NCBI RefSeq assembly: GCF_964355755.1
Contig: NC_092678.1
Span: forward strand, 2,000,422 to 2,064,421
DNA: 64,000 nt
Reading direction: 5' to 3'
From: Antedon mediterranea
Taxonomy: Eukaryota; Animalia; Echinodermata
Position 1 is the stretch's first letter; every line of letters starts with the position of its first letter. This document shows positions 1 through 12,574 of the stretch, in pieces. The position numbers and the translations under genes are program-made. The notes beneath the pieces are model-generated. The model ran no database searches and was not told the origin of the DNA. It saw nothing but the letters and a program-made list of their open reading frames with translations.

Positions 1-418
1 TTGACAAGTTCACAAACATATAACGGATTGTGAAAGACGGGCCAGTCTGGCCACATTTTGTGAGTGATTAAGTGACAAAAAGGGACAGTCTGATTAATAA
101 TTAATTAATCTTAAACGCGATACTAATATTTTTTATATGGCTTTAGTTGCAATATCAGTCAACATGACAGTAGACATAGCAATGTGTGAAGCAACCAACA
201 ATCCATTACAAACATATTTATAGCAAAGATAAATACGTAAATGACGCTTCATAGAAATCCATTACGGTCACATCGAGAAATTAGTCTATTATGAAATGAA
301 TTATTATTATTAAAGACGTCCACAAAGAAAAAAACGGACAAAGACAAAAAACGGACAACGAAAGAAGGGCCAGTCTGGCCAAACTAAATACAATATCAAT
401 ATTTTATTTTTGTTTTAG

Positions 419-1266
419 GAGTGCCCTTTTTGCGGGACCATAATTATAAATGTGTCCCGCCATATAAAAGACGTCCACAATGAAAAAACGGACAACGAAA
501 GAAGGGCCAGTCTGACCAAACTAAATACAATATAAATATTTTATTTTTGTTTTAGGAAATCAATCCGGCAAAACAGAGTAAGCACAATAATCTTTTCCAT
601 TCCTGTATCTATCCGCGAAGAAGTACGGGAAAAGCTAAACAAGTTGCTAAAAGGTTATACAAAAGGTGACAGCACCTACTGAGTGGGTCTTTAAAAACCA
701 TAAAAGATAAGGTAGGCCTATTGCCATTTTTAATACCAAGGGTATAAAACGAATTTGCAAGTAGACAAACTAAGGGTATAAAACATAAGGACTAAGCCAC
801 TGATTATTGTTTTTATTTTCTTTAACTTTTAGAAGAAACCCAACCAAGGGACAACAGAAACAGTGCGACATATGCAAAGTTGAATATGTGCGTGTGGAAA
901 GACTACGACATATGGACACGGTAGGCCTATTGCAATGTTAATACACTGTGGACCAACTATATGTATATAAATATGGTAAACCAAGAACATTACATAGCCT
1001 AAAACAGATGCATGTTACTAGCTAAATATAAATATTGTTGTTTCAAATATACATGTTAAATAAACAATTTTTGCCTTCTAAAACTTTCATATTAGAAATA
1101 TTTGTAACAGACTATTAGTCACCGATTATTGTTTTTAGTATGTAATAATGTGATTTTGTTTTCTTTAAATTTTAGAAGAAACCAAACCAAGGGTGAAGTC
1201 AACCGCTGCCCAATATGTCAAGAAGCATTCAATCGGGTAAAAAGACATATACATGGTATGCACACG
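419..1266 (+). pseudogene. Decayed exon array encoding short C2H2-type zinc fingers (CxxC-x9-H-x4-H)
   Basis: After ttttag acceptors: 419-535 ECPFCGTIIINVSRHIKDVHNEKTDNERRASL...*; 833-920 RNPTKGQQKQCDICKVEYVRVERLRHMDT (degenerate); 1176-1266 RNQTKGEVNRCPICQEAFNRVKRHIHGMHT; 5-59 QVHKHITDCERRASLATF is a related piece ending at gtgagt. Stops and local duplication (311-420 vs 467-558) suggest decay. Confidence 0.5.
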
Positions 1267-1569
1267 GTAGGCCTATTGCAATATTAATTGCAGTGGACCA
1301 AATTTGGTACCTCACAAGCAGTTAACAAAAATACACAGTTGTCAGTCGCTCAAATAAGGATGACACAATGTGTAACAGGACAAATAAGAAATAGCAATGA
1401 AAATATGTGTAGCATAGATCGGTGTAAAAAGAATTATCTGCATATAAATATTTATTGTATTGTTTTCCTTTTTGATAAACCATAAAAAATAGACGTACTA
1501 TTTTGCTACGGTTTCGGTAGAATTAGCACTTTTTCTTTTAACCCTTGGATGTGTCTTGAGTGTAACTAA

Positions 1570-2400
1570 GCAGCATGTCATTATATATGTGACCGAGTTT
1601 GTGTTTCTCCTGGTCTGTTTATGAAAGATTGAAAGTTATTTAAAAAAAAAGATGGATTCTTTTCTTGCTAGATAATGTCCTTTGTCCTCTGTCAATGATA
1701 GTGCTATCAAAGTTTGGTAGATGATTTTCAATGACAACATGGTCTGTGACCAGTTTCTCCACATATATACAAAGATCCTACTAAATACAAGTTTGTTTTT
1801 CAGGATGGTATATGAATTTGTTTGTTATTATTTGAAAGCTTGACTTAGTGATTTGTCAATCCTGCAATGTATACCAATACCGACTTGATTTCTCTAATTC
1901 ATTACTCTGTTCATGATCTTTCAATTCATTACTCTGTTCATGATCTTTCAATTCATTACTCTGTTCATGATCTTTCAATTCATTACTCTGTTCATGATCT
2001 TTCAATTCATTACTCTGTTCATGATCTTTCAATGCCTTTTTAGTTTCTCTCTTGTTTTTTTTTTCTTTTTCAAAGCTCCAATCGGGGTATCCATATAGTG
2101 CTCTCTTAGTGACGTGTTGTGTTTCTTGTTGTCTATCTTCTTCTGTGGACACAATGGCTTTACATCTGTTGACTAAGGTGTTAATAAATAAACTTGGTTT
2201 GTGTTCCGTGTGTTGGTTTTCGGAGGTGCCGATTTCACTGTCACCTTAATTGTACAGTGATGAGGGTGTCTAAGAATGAAATTGAATTATTGTTCATTTT
2301 TTCCATAGTAAACTTGATATGTAGGTCTTCTGTGCCTATAGCCGCTATGTCATCATCTACATATCTCGGGCAGAAGATATGGTTTGCAAGTTTTTATATA
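1570..2400 (-). mobile_element. Degenerate Penelope-like element (Poseidon-like RT thumb to GIY-YIG remnant)
   Basis: Minus-strand translation across frameshifts: RYVDD (2366-2352), IKFTMEKMNNNSISFLDTLI, RKPTH, INTLVNRCKAIVSTEEDRQQETQHV, GYPDW, YIAGL, DHVVIENH..FD; typical PLE motifs. Confidence 0.75.
1896..2033. repeat. 27-bp tandem repeat x5 (aattcattactctgttcatgatctttc)
   Basis: Five perfect units read directly; gives the (KDHEQSNEL)n ORF. Confidence 0.97.
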
Positions 2401-4477
2401 TTTTCCACAACAAAAATTTGTTTGTTCTGTAATATTTTTTATTTCAATAGTCTGCTTGATAGGCATCTTTGTAAACAATGCAGAGACTTCATATTAAATG
2501 AGTATGTTTGGTTAGGTCGATTATTCATCAAATCATGGCAATGCTGCAACGTGGAATGCTGTTAAATTGCCCACTAAATGTGAAAGCATTTGTGAGAGAA
2601 GCTTAGATGTTTCATAGTAGATAGAATTGATTTTGGCCATGATTAGCTGTAATGGGTTGTTACACATCCAACGGGGAGGAGGGAGACAAGCGACACAATA
2701 AGTGATGACAAAAAATCAACACATCACTTGCGTGTACAAGACTACAGGTGCTAGTAGCCGAAATGTAGCAAAATAGTAAGTCTTTTAACAAAAAGGAAAA
2801 AAATTGCAAACTTAGATAATTTGAAACCAACTGAATGTTTAGATTTGAGAAAAAACAAACTTCCATTTGAGTCATTTATGGATATATAAATGGATACAAA
2901 CAATGTCCGCCATCTAACCAAATGGGGCCAAAAAAAATATGAATATAAAACAGATGAATTAATATTAAATTTGAAAGTAATCATTCACCACAACCATATT
3001 GCTGGCTCTGCTAAAGAATTTACACCAGATCCAACTTCCTGACGAAAAATGAAGACTGTCAAACGAATATCAACAGAAATTTGACTGTACTATATTTTTT
3101 TTAAACAAATGCTGAGGTATGTTTTATTTAAGGCAAATTTTGTCATTTTGTCCTAATTTTGTAGGGCTGAGATCTAGGGCCTAATGGAAATAATGATGAA
3201 AACATGTGGGTAAGAAGAGCACATGAATATGCAACTACTAGAAACAACTTGAATGACGCACGTCTGTTGTAACAATAATCGTACGCTATGGGTCTGAACA
3301 CCTAATTTTTTTTCTATGCGGTTTGTAATGTGACATTGCAAGTAACGTTGTACGCTAAAACGGTTTAACGACATGGGTCTGAACATAAAGCCTTAAGGCC
3401 TGCAACAGTGAGTAACACGTTGTGCGTAAAGGCTGTAAACCAAAGGCTCTAAGCGACACATAATACCATATATATACCAATAAATGCATTTTGGTAGACT
3501 GATGTACTGGCAAAAAGAAAAGAAAAGACCGGCAATGTGAAGACCATGTCTTTGCAGAGGAAAAGAAGGAAAACATACTACTACTACAATAAAAACTACT
3601 ATCAGGCTGTGGATACTGAGATCCCTAATAAAGAGAAACGAAAGGGCAACTCCACAAATTAATTTCTAACATATTTACTAGACAAAATTAAGATGGGGTA
3701 ATCCTAATTATCCTAGCTCTATCAAAATTTAATGAGTACATTGTTTACTATCATTTTAAGATGGATTGTTACTGCCCTCCACTAGTGGCACATTAGGGTC
3801 CATGAAGGGAGCACAGTGTATTGACAAATGACACTACTTTAAGTAGAAAATGCTTTAGTTGTAAAAATAACAAATACACCTTCCGCCACTACAGAGGTAA
3901 AGGTTTAATAATGTCAAGTTATTGGTGATGACATGAATATTAATAAGTTTAAACAGAGCTTGATAATCAAAATAAAATTGTGTATGTACTTTAAGGTCAA
4001 TGCCTTATACTGTACATCAGAGCAGTACAATTGGTCAACCTTCAATTGACCAATTTTGACAGAACAGAAAATGTAATATAATTAGGCCTATTACTGCTTT
4101 TTATGGTAAATGAATCACAGTTCATTGACATAACACTAACAGAAGATTAAAATTTACTGACTAAAACTTGGGTAACATTTTGGATCATCAACAAAATGTC
4201 TACAGAAAGAAAAAGATGAGAATAAGGATTATTGAATAACAATAGGCGATCTTGTTTACAACAAGAAATATTTCTTACAAAACATATATTGTCCCTCTGA
4301 AAAATATTTTTTATTTCAAATTTGTTTTTGAATGTGTCATTTTATTGTCACATAATAGTTATTTTACCTGAAAAAATGTAATTTAAAGCAAAAATTACTT
4401 AAATTGTCTGTCAGACAATGGTTTTTAAGCACTTGGAGCTTGGAGAAATAAAAATGTTTACATCCTAAATTCTATAC

Positions 4478-6265
4478 ATGTTTAGTACAATTATTATTAT
4501 ACCGGCAGACAAATCAAACAACTTCTACCGCATGGACGCGAATGATTATAACGACTTATTGCAAAAGAATATAACGAAAACATACAAAAAAGCACCGGTG
4601 GATTCTGTAAATAGTATAACCAAAGACGAGATTAAGATAGCCAAAGAACTACAGCTAGATGACAGGATAGAAACAACTGGAAGACGTAATGCCTTTATAA
4701 CCCTGAAAGACCATAAGGAAAATTTTGTAAACAAGCCGACTTGCAGACTAATTAACCCCTCAAAATCAGAGATAGGAAAGATAAGTAAACACATCCTAGA
4801 AAGAGTTAACAAACATATCGCACGTAAGACCAAGCTTAACCAGTGGAGGAATACTAACGACATGATAGAATGGTTTAAAGGCATCCGGGATAAGGAAAAT
4901 CATCTGTTCATATGCTTTGATGTAACAGAATTTTATCCTTCGATAACTTTGGACCTTCTCAATGAAGCCCTCAACTTTGCTAAAAAATTCACCGATATTA
5001 CAGAGGAAGAAAGGGAAATAGTAATCAAAGCCAAGAATACACTACTATTCAACGACGAGACAGCTTGGTGCAAAAGGAACACCACATTCGATGTTACTAT
5101 GGGTAGCTACGACGGTGCTGAAACATGCGAGTTAATTGGTCTGTTTCTGCTAGCCAAACTAGAGCCCAAGTACGGTAATAACATAGGATTGTACAGGGAT
5201 GACGGACTCGCGGCATTTAATGAAACTCCTCATGTTATTGAAAAAATAAAAAAAGATCTCTGCAGCACATTCAAAGAACATAATCTAAAGATAACGATCG
5301 AAGCGAATAAGAAAATTATAAACTACCTAGATGTAACGCTTAATCTCAACGATGGAAGCTATAAGCCTTATTTAAAGGAAAACAACAAACCACGCTATGT
5401 TCATTGCAAAAGTAATCATCCAGCATCAATAATTAAGAACATATCTGAAGGCATAAACAAAAGATTATCAAACATTTCTTCGAATGAAACTGTTTTCAAT
5501 GAATCAAAGAAACCGTACCAAGAAGCCTTGTATGAAAGTGGATACGACCACAATCTGAAGTACAACCCGACCAATACCAGCGCACAAAATAATGTGAAGA
5601 AGACAAGGAAAAGAAATATCATCTGGTTCAACCCGCCTTACAGTGCCAACGTGAAAACCAAAATAGGGCACGAGTTCTTAAAGACTGTAGATGAATGTTT
5701 TCCACATAACCATGAGCTAAGAAAAATATTTAATAGAAACACCATTAAAATCAGCTATAGTTGTATGCCTAATATAGGGTCTGTAATATCGGCCCACAAC
5801 AAAAATGTATTACGTAATGATATGCCCTGTGATAACATCAAGCAATGCAACTGTCAAAATGAATGCCCATTAGATGGGAAATGCCTAACCAGTGGTGTTG
5901 TTTATCAGGCTACAGTAACAACAAATGATGATGATAAAGTTGAAACATATGTCGGACTAACCGAAAACACATTTAAATGCAGATATAACGCACACAATAG
6001 TTCATTCCGTAATGTTAAATACAAAAACAGCACAACGCTTAGCCAGTACATCTGGAAGCTAAAAGATGATAACATAAAGTATAACATTAAATGGCGAATA
6101 ATAAAGAAGTGTAAACCATATTCCAATGTTAACAAACGGTGTAATCTATGCTTACAAGAGAAGTATTATATTATATGCAAGCCTGAAACCAGCTCACTTA
6201 ACCATAGGAACGAATTAGTCAGTGCATGTAGACATAGAAATAAGTTTCTACTAAAGTATAAGTAA
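4478..6265 (+). CDS. Penelope-like retroelement (Naiad-type) reverse transcriptase + GIY-YIG endonuclease, 5'-truncated
   Basis: 595-aa open ORF: LKDHKENF..PTCRLINPSKSEIG, FDVTEFYPSI, MGSYDGAETCELIG, GLYRDDGL, YLDVTL, HCKSNHP, IIWFNPPYS, CNC..CPLDGKCL, VVYQATV..YVGLT (GIY-YIG), CNLCLQEK, CRH. Confidence 0.93.
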   Translation: MFSTIIIIPADKSNNFYRMDANDYNDLLQKNITKTYKKAPVDSVNSITKDEIKIAKELQLDDRIETTGRRNAFITLKDHKENFVNKPTCRLINPSKSEIGKISKHILERVNKHIARKTKLNQWRNTNDMIEWFKGIRDKENHLFICFDVTEFYPSITLDLLNEALNFAKKFTDITEEEREIVIKAKNTLLFNDETAWCKRNTTFDVTMGSYDGAETCELIGLFLLAKLEPKYGNNIGLYRDDGLAAFNETPHVIEKIKKDLCSTFKEHNLKITIEANKKIINYLDVTLNLNDGSYKPYLKENNKPRYVHCKSNHPASIIKNISEGINKRLSNISSNETVFNESKKPYQEALYESGYDHNLKYNPTNTSAQNNVKKTRKRNIIWFNPPYSANVKTKIGHEFLKTVDECFPHNHELRKIFNRNTIKISYSCMPNIGSVISAHNKNVLRNDMPCDNIKQCNCQNECPLDGKCLTSGVVYQATVTTNDDDKVETYVGLTENTFKCRYNAHNSSFRNVKYKNSTTLSQYIWKLKDDNIKYNIKWRIIKKCKPYSNVNKRCNLCLQEKYYIICKPETSSLNHRNELVSACRHRNKFLLKYK

Positions 6266-6500
6266 TTTAGATAATAAGAATTTGGTTAACAATAGACTGT
6301 CCAGGAAATAGAGATGTGTTGTACTTGCTAATTAGCATACTATTGTTCACATAAACCTTAAGCCTTCATTATAGCTTTTTGTATTCACTTGTGACTATCA
6401 TTCAGAGCCAAGCACCTGAAGATTGAGTTCATACTCATGAAACAGCCTGTAGTGCAATAAAATGTTCAGTTGGTAATTTACTAGCGTCTTTCATTTATTT
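4492..6500 (+). mobile_element. Penelope-like element insertion with 14-bp target-site duplication
   Basis: ATGTTTAGTACAAT at 4478-4491 and again at 6501-6514 flanks ORF + 3' UTR. Confidence 0.88.
6412..6455 (+). ncRNA. Minimal type I hammerhead ribozyme in PLE 3' region
   Basis: GCAC-CTGAAGA-t-TGAG-ttcata-CTCA-t-GAA-ACAG-c-CTGT-A-GTGC: CUGANGA and GAAA cores, stems I/II, near-palindromic stem III, GUA cleavage triplet; AATAAA follows at 6456. Confidence 0.85.
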
Positions 6501-6550
6501 ATGTTTAGTACAATATATATTAATCATATGATATTCCAATATCATATTAC

Positions 6551-7067
6551 AATTCATTCATAATGCAGAGAATGCTTAATTTGTCAAAATAACATTTTGA
6601 ATCCATCTAATTTGTGTTTTCTTTTTTGCAGAATACAATAACTACTACCGACTATACCTCCACCAGGATGGATGCTAAGTTTTATATTTAAATCCTGGGT
6701 CTTGTATTCAATCCGAGCCTCTCCATTTCAAAAATAAAAATCAACTGGGAAATTAAAATGTAACAAATTAGTCAATTAGAGCCTGGAAAGGCAGATGATG
6801 ATGAACAGAATTCATTCATAATGCAGAGAATGCTCAATTTGTCAAAATAACGTTTTGAATCCTTTGTGTTTTTTTTGTTGCAGAATACAACAACCACCCC
6901 TGCCAGCAGCCTGCCAAAAACTGTGGATGCGACAGTAAGTTTTATATTAAAATCCTGAGTCTAGTATTCAATCCGAGCCTCCATTTAAAAGATAAAAATC
7001 AACAGGGAAAATAAAATGCAACAAATTAGTCAATTAGAGCCTGGAAAGGCAGACAATGATGGACAGC
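6551..7067. repeat. ~258-bp tandem duplication (2 copies)
   Basis: aattcattcataatgcagagaatgc starts at 6551 and 6809; copies align except for a divergent ~50-nt core. Confidence 0.9.
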
Positions 7068-8404
7068 AATATTAATCATTGTTAGAACACTACTTGCCTC
7101 AAAACTAACATACCTCGCATCAACAGTCATTCTACCAAATTAAATAGTGAAAGAATTAAAAGGGAAAATAAAATAATAAAACCTCATATGAAATAATTTT
7201 GCGATATACTTTTGATAATACAGGGTTAGACTTTATACATTTATACTTATAAATTTAAATGCAATTGTTCAATAAAGCGTATTAAAGGATCAAAGGAAAA
7301 AACGAGGTGCGTAAAATAATAGAGTGTCGAGGGTTTCGGAGGGAGTGTCCCCGAGGGAGTGTCCCCCTCCCGAGGCTCCGAAATTTTTTTGAAAAAAACC
7401 TGTTTAATAGGCTAGAGAAACTGTTTCCATCACACTTAATAACAAATATTACATAATGTAAATTTAAATAAATCCTTCCTAAATACTGTACGGATCTTTT
7501 TTGACGAACTAATAATAAACTTTGATCGAAAAACTTTCAAACAAAATGAACATTTGGTAATGCGGTACTACTCCAAAAATGTCTCGATAGTGCATGTGTT
7601 GTGTACCGAGTTTTGGTGGTCTGTTAACCTCAGAGATATACTACCCTACAGCCGGGTGAATAACTCAATGTAATTTGGTATACAATGATTGCAGTAATCG
7701 CCGTGTCTATAACACAAATCAAAAAAACGCCAAATACGCCACATACTTTTTTCGGCCGTCCTGTGTACATACAAGACATTTCATGTTTATTTTATGCCTA
7801 TAAAATAATAAAAGAACACCATGTTTCTCGTTTATTTTTATCGTTTATACTGCATACCATAATATTATACAAAAAACTTTTATGCGCGAGAAAAAAGTTC
7901 CCGATATTACACTCCACTCATGCCACTCAGGGGTGTAAATATACCACGCTAACGCTTGCACACGTCACACGGACCAGGGCGGCGGAAATTAACTGCAATG
8001 GAAAATGGTGTATTTTGGAGAGTGATGACGTCGGCATACGAGGAGCGAGCTTGACAACGTGACGCTGGTAGTTTTAGGAGTGCGTGTGTTTTGAAAATGG
8101 GTATTTTCTGAAGATTGTAAATCGTGTTTTCTTTTTAAACTCTTGAATTCATAATAGTAATTGAACTCTTAGCTCTTTCACTGTGTAGGCCTATTTACAC
8201 ACAACTATTAATACTAACCCTAGCTCTAGTAGGGCCTAGCTAGGCCTACTCTTAATTAAAAGATTAATCCACGTCTAGCGACTGTCAATCGCGATTAGGT
8301 TGCATCTTTTTTTTTTTTTTTTGAGAATTAAGGGGGGAGGCTAGCCACCCTATTCACCCCCTAGATCCGCCACCATTTACATTACCAAGTTGAACAACCA
8401 ATTT

Positions 8405-9019
8405 AGAGCCATATATATATATATATATTTGTATAGCGTTTTCCTGTAGTTCATGCATTATTTTTAGATTTTTTTGTCTATGAAATAATGCATATATTCC
8501 GTTTTTATTTCAGTAATTAATTTTATTAATGGTATTAATTTGGTAACATATATATATTGTGTCTATTATAACAAAAGAATAAATACTAGGGCCTACATGC
8601 AATTCAGGACACAAACTTTCAGAGACTCGTTCCATCATTTCATTTGTAATAATTTGCCTTTTTTATTTTAATATTGTTCATACCCTATTCAATATTAACA
8701 AATATATCCAAGACACTCTATTATTTTATTTAGTCATCAAAGCATGCATTATGAATTAAAAATATTACATAATTGTTATTAATATGATGTAGTTATGGGA
8801 TGTTTCGTTAAAATCAATCAATCAAACTTTATAATGTACTAGCGCACGTGCGCGCAATATTCTTTGCCGCAAGTACTTCTGTACGCTGTGCACATCGATA
8901 TTTCACCGTAAAATGTGCAATTACATTTTTTTAAATATAAGAAAAAGTTTCAAGGATTTTCTTGCTCCTATACTTTACATGCATTAACGGAGACAAGTCT
9001 CTTTATATATATGGCTCTG
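8405..9019. mobile_element. MITE-like element with (C)AGAGCCATATA terminal inverted repeats
   Basis: agagccatatata at 8405, tatatatggctctg ending 9019; same motif at 13307-13331 and 16142. Confidence 0.55.
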
Positions 9020-10599
9020 AACCAATTTTATCAACAGCGCCCTCTATCTATTATCGAGAGGAAATAAGTGCAGTGTGTGACGTCACAAGCGGTATCGCGT
9101 TGTGGCTATGTGAGGGGAATCCTCTTTCTGCTTGTGTGTAAGCATATTTGTTATATTTTAATGCAGAAAACCACACATATACATACAAATTCAGTTATCT
9201 TTTTAGGCCTAATCCGGGAGAAAATGTGGAAAAACTTGAGCACAATTAGGCCCTATTTGGCTGGGAGACGAGTCTAAAATGCAAGAGTCTCCAGGCCAAA
9301 ACAGGAGTCACTGGGAGTTGTTAATTCCCTGGTGTTGGCATGTAGGAATTATAAATAATAACACTGGCATAAAGTACATCAATATTACATAACTAGCTAC
9401 AACAATTGTTGCTGTAGGCCTACAATGATAAGAACAACGTAGGCTTACCGGCAAACATCAGCCGAAACTACCCTCAATGGTTACACAATAAAACCAATTC
9501 TGTACTTCAACTTCGTCATTCACGTGTTACTTACAGCTTACTCGTGTCATACCACCATGCTCTCCGGTCTAAAATATCATTCCGCTTCATAGGCACGTGT
9601 CCACAGTACTCCTCACAGCATGGACTTCTTTAGGTCCATCACTGAATGCTTACGCGCTGTGATTGGTCTAAACGCTTAAAAAAACAAAAAAATACACAGT
9701 ATTAGAATAAGGACTGTTTCCATAGATTTTTTATATTCATGAGAAGAGCAACTAAATCACTTCCCTGATTTACAATAAACCTGTATGTAAATTAGTTTTA
9801 GTCAGCTATCCATCACCAGTATGCGCATGGAGGTTTTAATGCGCGTCTTTTGGGTTCTAATTTATACAAAATGTTGTGACGTTTTTACTCTTTTGTTGTA
9901 CGCAATGACTTATTTGCATATTTCCCACCTGTTTGGATAAATAGAGTGAACGGTACCGAGTAATGTGTTGCGTATTATTGCCCCAACAACAAACGGCTGT
10001 ACTATTTTTTTTTAATGTGTATCATGTTTAATCTGGGACGGTGCGGCCACACACGCCAGTTGCCACATATATTGCAATGCTTATTTTTGCCATTTTAAAA
10101 TACTAAATTTTTCTCTCATCAAATGCACTGAACGAAATGTTTTATTTCTTTTTTTAAACACAAAAAAAAAAAAAAAATACCGATTTTTGCGTAGCCTACG
10201 GGTGTGAAATTCGGAGTCACTCGAAACATAAACAAGGTAAAGATGTTCATACCCAATTCGTCAAATTGGTAGTAATATGAATAAGACCGTACCTCAACCA
10301 CATGGTATATTGAGGGACTAGGTATACCTGAACATGTTGAAGGCTAGCCTAACTGCCATTGTTCGTTACTGTCGTGATTTCGAAAAACAAACAAAAATGA
10401 AAAAAAAAATAGTGCAAAGGTGCAATTGGCAGAGAAAGATTTATTCTTCTTTTTATTCATTGCGTATAAAAAAAGGGAAAACATTATTTTGTAGGTTTCG
10501 CTTATGAATTTTATACCTCGAAGTTAAAATTGTAGATGGAAAATTTCACTACAAGCATGTATGTGCTTTCGTTGTAACCAGCCTTTCAAAAAAAAACTA

Positions 10600-10834
10600 T
10601 ACATTAATCACCCATGCACAACAATTATGACGTATCATTTTGACGCACTGTTACCATGTTTATGGTGGGTGGTAAAGTGACGAACATTGCCACACTATTG
10701 TTCAAATTGATGGGATATACAATTACAATAGTTTTTTGACGCACTCCTGCGTCAATAATTATTTGTAAATGACGTATCCATAACGCACCTCTCTCGGGGG
10801 TCGTATAGTGGGTCTCACAATTGGCAAGTGCATT
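10600..10834. mobile_element. Partial copy of the MITE at 43240-43519
   Basis: Shares ggtgggtggtaaagtgacg, ctgcgtcaa..tttgtaaatgacg and the ggggtcgtatagtgggtc..caattg.caagtgca end. Confidence 0.8.
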
Positions 10835-11189
10835 AATAATTTTGAAAATTTGTAGTATTCACTCCCAACTATAACACATATATATTAAAAACCTACTCTA
10901 GAAGCCTATGCTAGCCTCCCTAGGCTAGCATAGGCTACAGTAGCTATAGAGTGGTTAGTAGAAAAAGCTACTGAAGTAATAATAGGCTATACTTTGTCAC
11001 TTAATTGTAATTTATTTATATTTGGATCGCTAATGTGTGCAGTATCTTATTTATCTTATGTACTGGATGTCTAAGGATAGATTTAATTGCTTTTGCTTAT
11101 CCTTGCCTCCTTAGATTTCTACCTGTCTTGTTTTCGATTTTAAAGGCTAAATAAAGAATGAATGAATGAAACTGGAAGAAAGGAGACAC

Positions 11190-12574
11190 TTAATTCAATT
11201 CAAAATTCTTTAATCATCCCACACGGGGCAATTCAAATAAAAAGGTCTGGATTAAAATGATCTTACAAAATATACAAAATATCACAATACACAGAACAAA
11301 AAAGAAAAAAAAAAAAGTCAAGTCAAGGTTCAAGAATTTAAGAGTCGAATAGCCACTGGCAAAAACGAATTTCTTTTCCGGTTTGTTCTACATGCCGGGC
11401 ATCGAAAGCGACGCCCATGAGGCATGAGATCGAAATCACTGAACAAGGCATGGTTAATATTTTTTAGAATAGCTCTACTTTTTTCTAGAGTTTGCATGTC
11501 ACAGAAAGAAGATAAGCTACGAAGTTGACAACCTATTAATTTAGAACTTAAGTTAACAATTCTTTGTAGTGAGTTTTTCTCTTTGACCCTAAGACTAAAA
11601 AACCAGCATATAAAGGAAAAAGTTAAAACGTTCTCAACAAAGGAATTATAAAAAACCCTATGGTTCAGCTTCCTTAACAGATAAAGTCTCTGGTGTCCTT
11701 TCTTTACTATTGCCTCTGTGTTTAATTCCCAGCCGAGATTGTCCTCAAATATAGTACCTAGGTATTTAAAGGAATGGACAATATCGACTGGTTCGTCATT
11801 TATAATGGATACCCAAGGGTTGCGTCCTTTCTCCTTCCTAAAATCTACAATCATCTCCTTGGTTTTGGTCACATTGAGTTCCAAGTAGGAGTTTCTACAA
11901 AATTGGATAAAATCATCTAAAGCGGAACCATGGCCGTCCTGTGAATTTTGAAGGAGAGACAGCAAGACAGTGTCGTCAGCAAATTTAACAAGATGACTAT
12001 TGTCCTGTTTGCTGCGACAGTCATCCGTGTATATAATATACAGGAGAAGAGAGAGGACGCAACCCTGGGGGGATCCAATACTTGTCATACGTACATTCGA
12101 TTGTCTTTGGTTAACTAAGACCCTCTGACATCTGTTCGTAAGAAAACTTATAATCCATAATACAAAATCACGTTGAAAACCAAAATTCGAAATTAATTTG
12201 TTTGCTAAAATATAAGGGTGCATGGTATTGAAGGCAGAAGAGAAGTCGGCGAATAACATTCTGGCGTGAGATCGAGGCAGTTCAAGGTTGGCATCCTCAA
12301 CACCTCTTCCAGACCTGTATGCAAACTGCAGTGGATCGAGTTTAGACTCTACAACAGACGTGATGTAGGTTTTAACTATCTTTTCAAAGATTTTCATAAC
12401 AAGAGATGTCAGCGCAATAGGGCGCAGATCATTCAGTTGTTTTATGACAGTCTGTTTAGGAATAGGTTTTATAATCGATTCTTTCCAAAGATTAGGAACT
12501 ACACACTGGTTTATAGAGGTCTGGAAGAGGTACCGAAGGACACCACTGAGCTGATCCGCACACGACTTATTCAA
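11190..12574 (-). mobile_element. 5'-truncated Rex1/Babar-like non-LTR retrotransposon, RT remnant
   Basis: ORF 11330-12574: NDLRPIALTS, LDPLQFAYRSGRGVEDA, ARMLFADFSSAFNT, GSPQGCVLS, KFADDT, ELNVTKTKEMIVDFRK; apparent internal deletions; 3' end aattgccccgtgtgggatgattaaag..(ttgaa)n. Confidence 0.88.

Noticed and set aside
6266-6410. SECIS element / selenoprotein Naiad
   Set aside because: No in-frame TGA in the ORF and no clear SECIS core.
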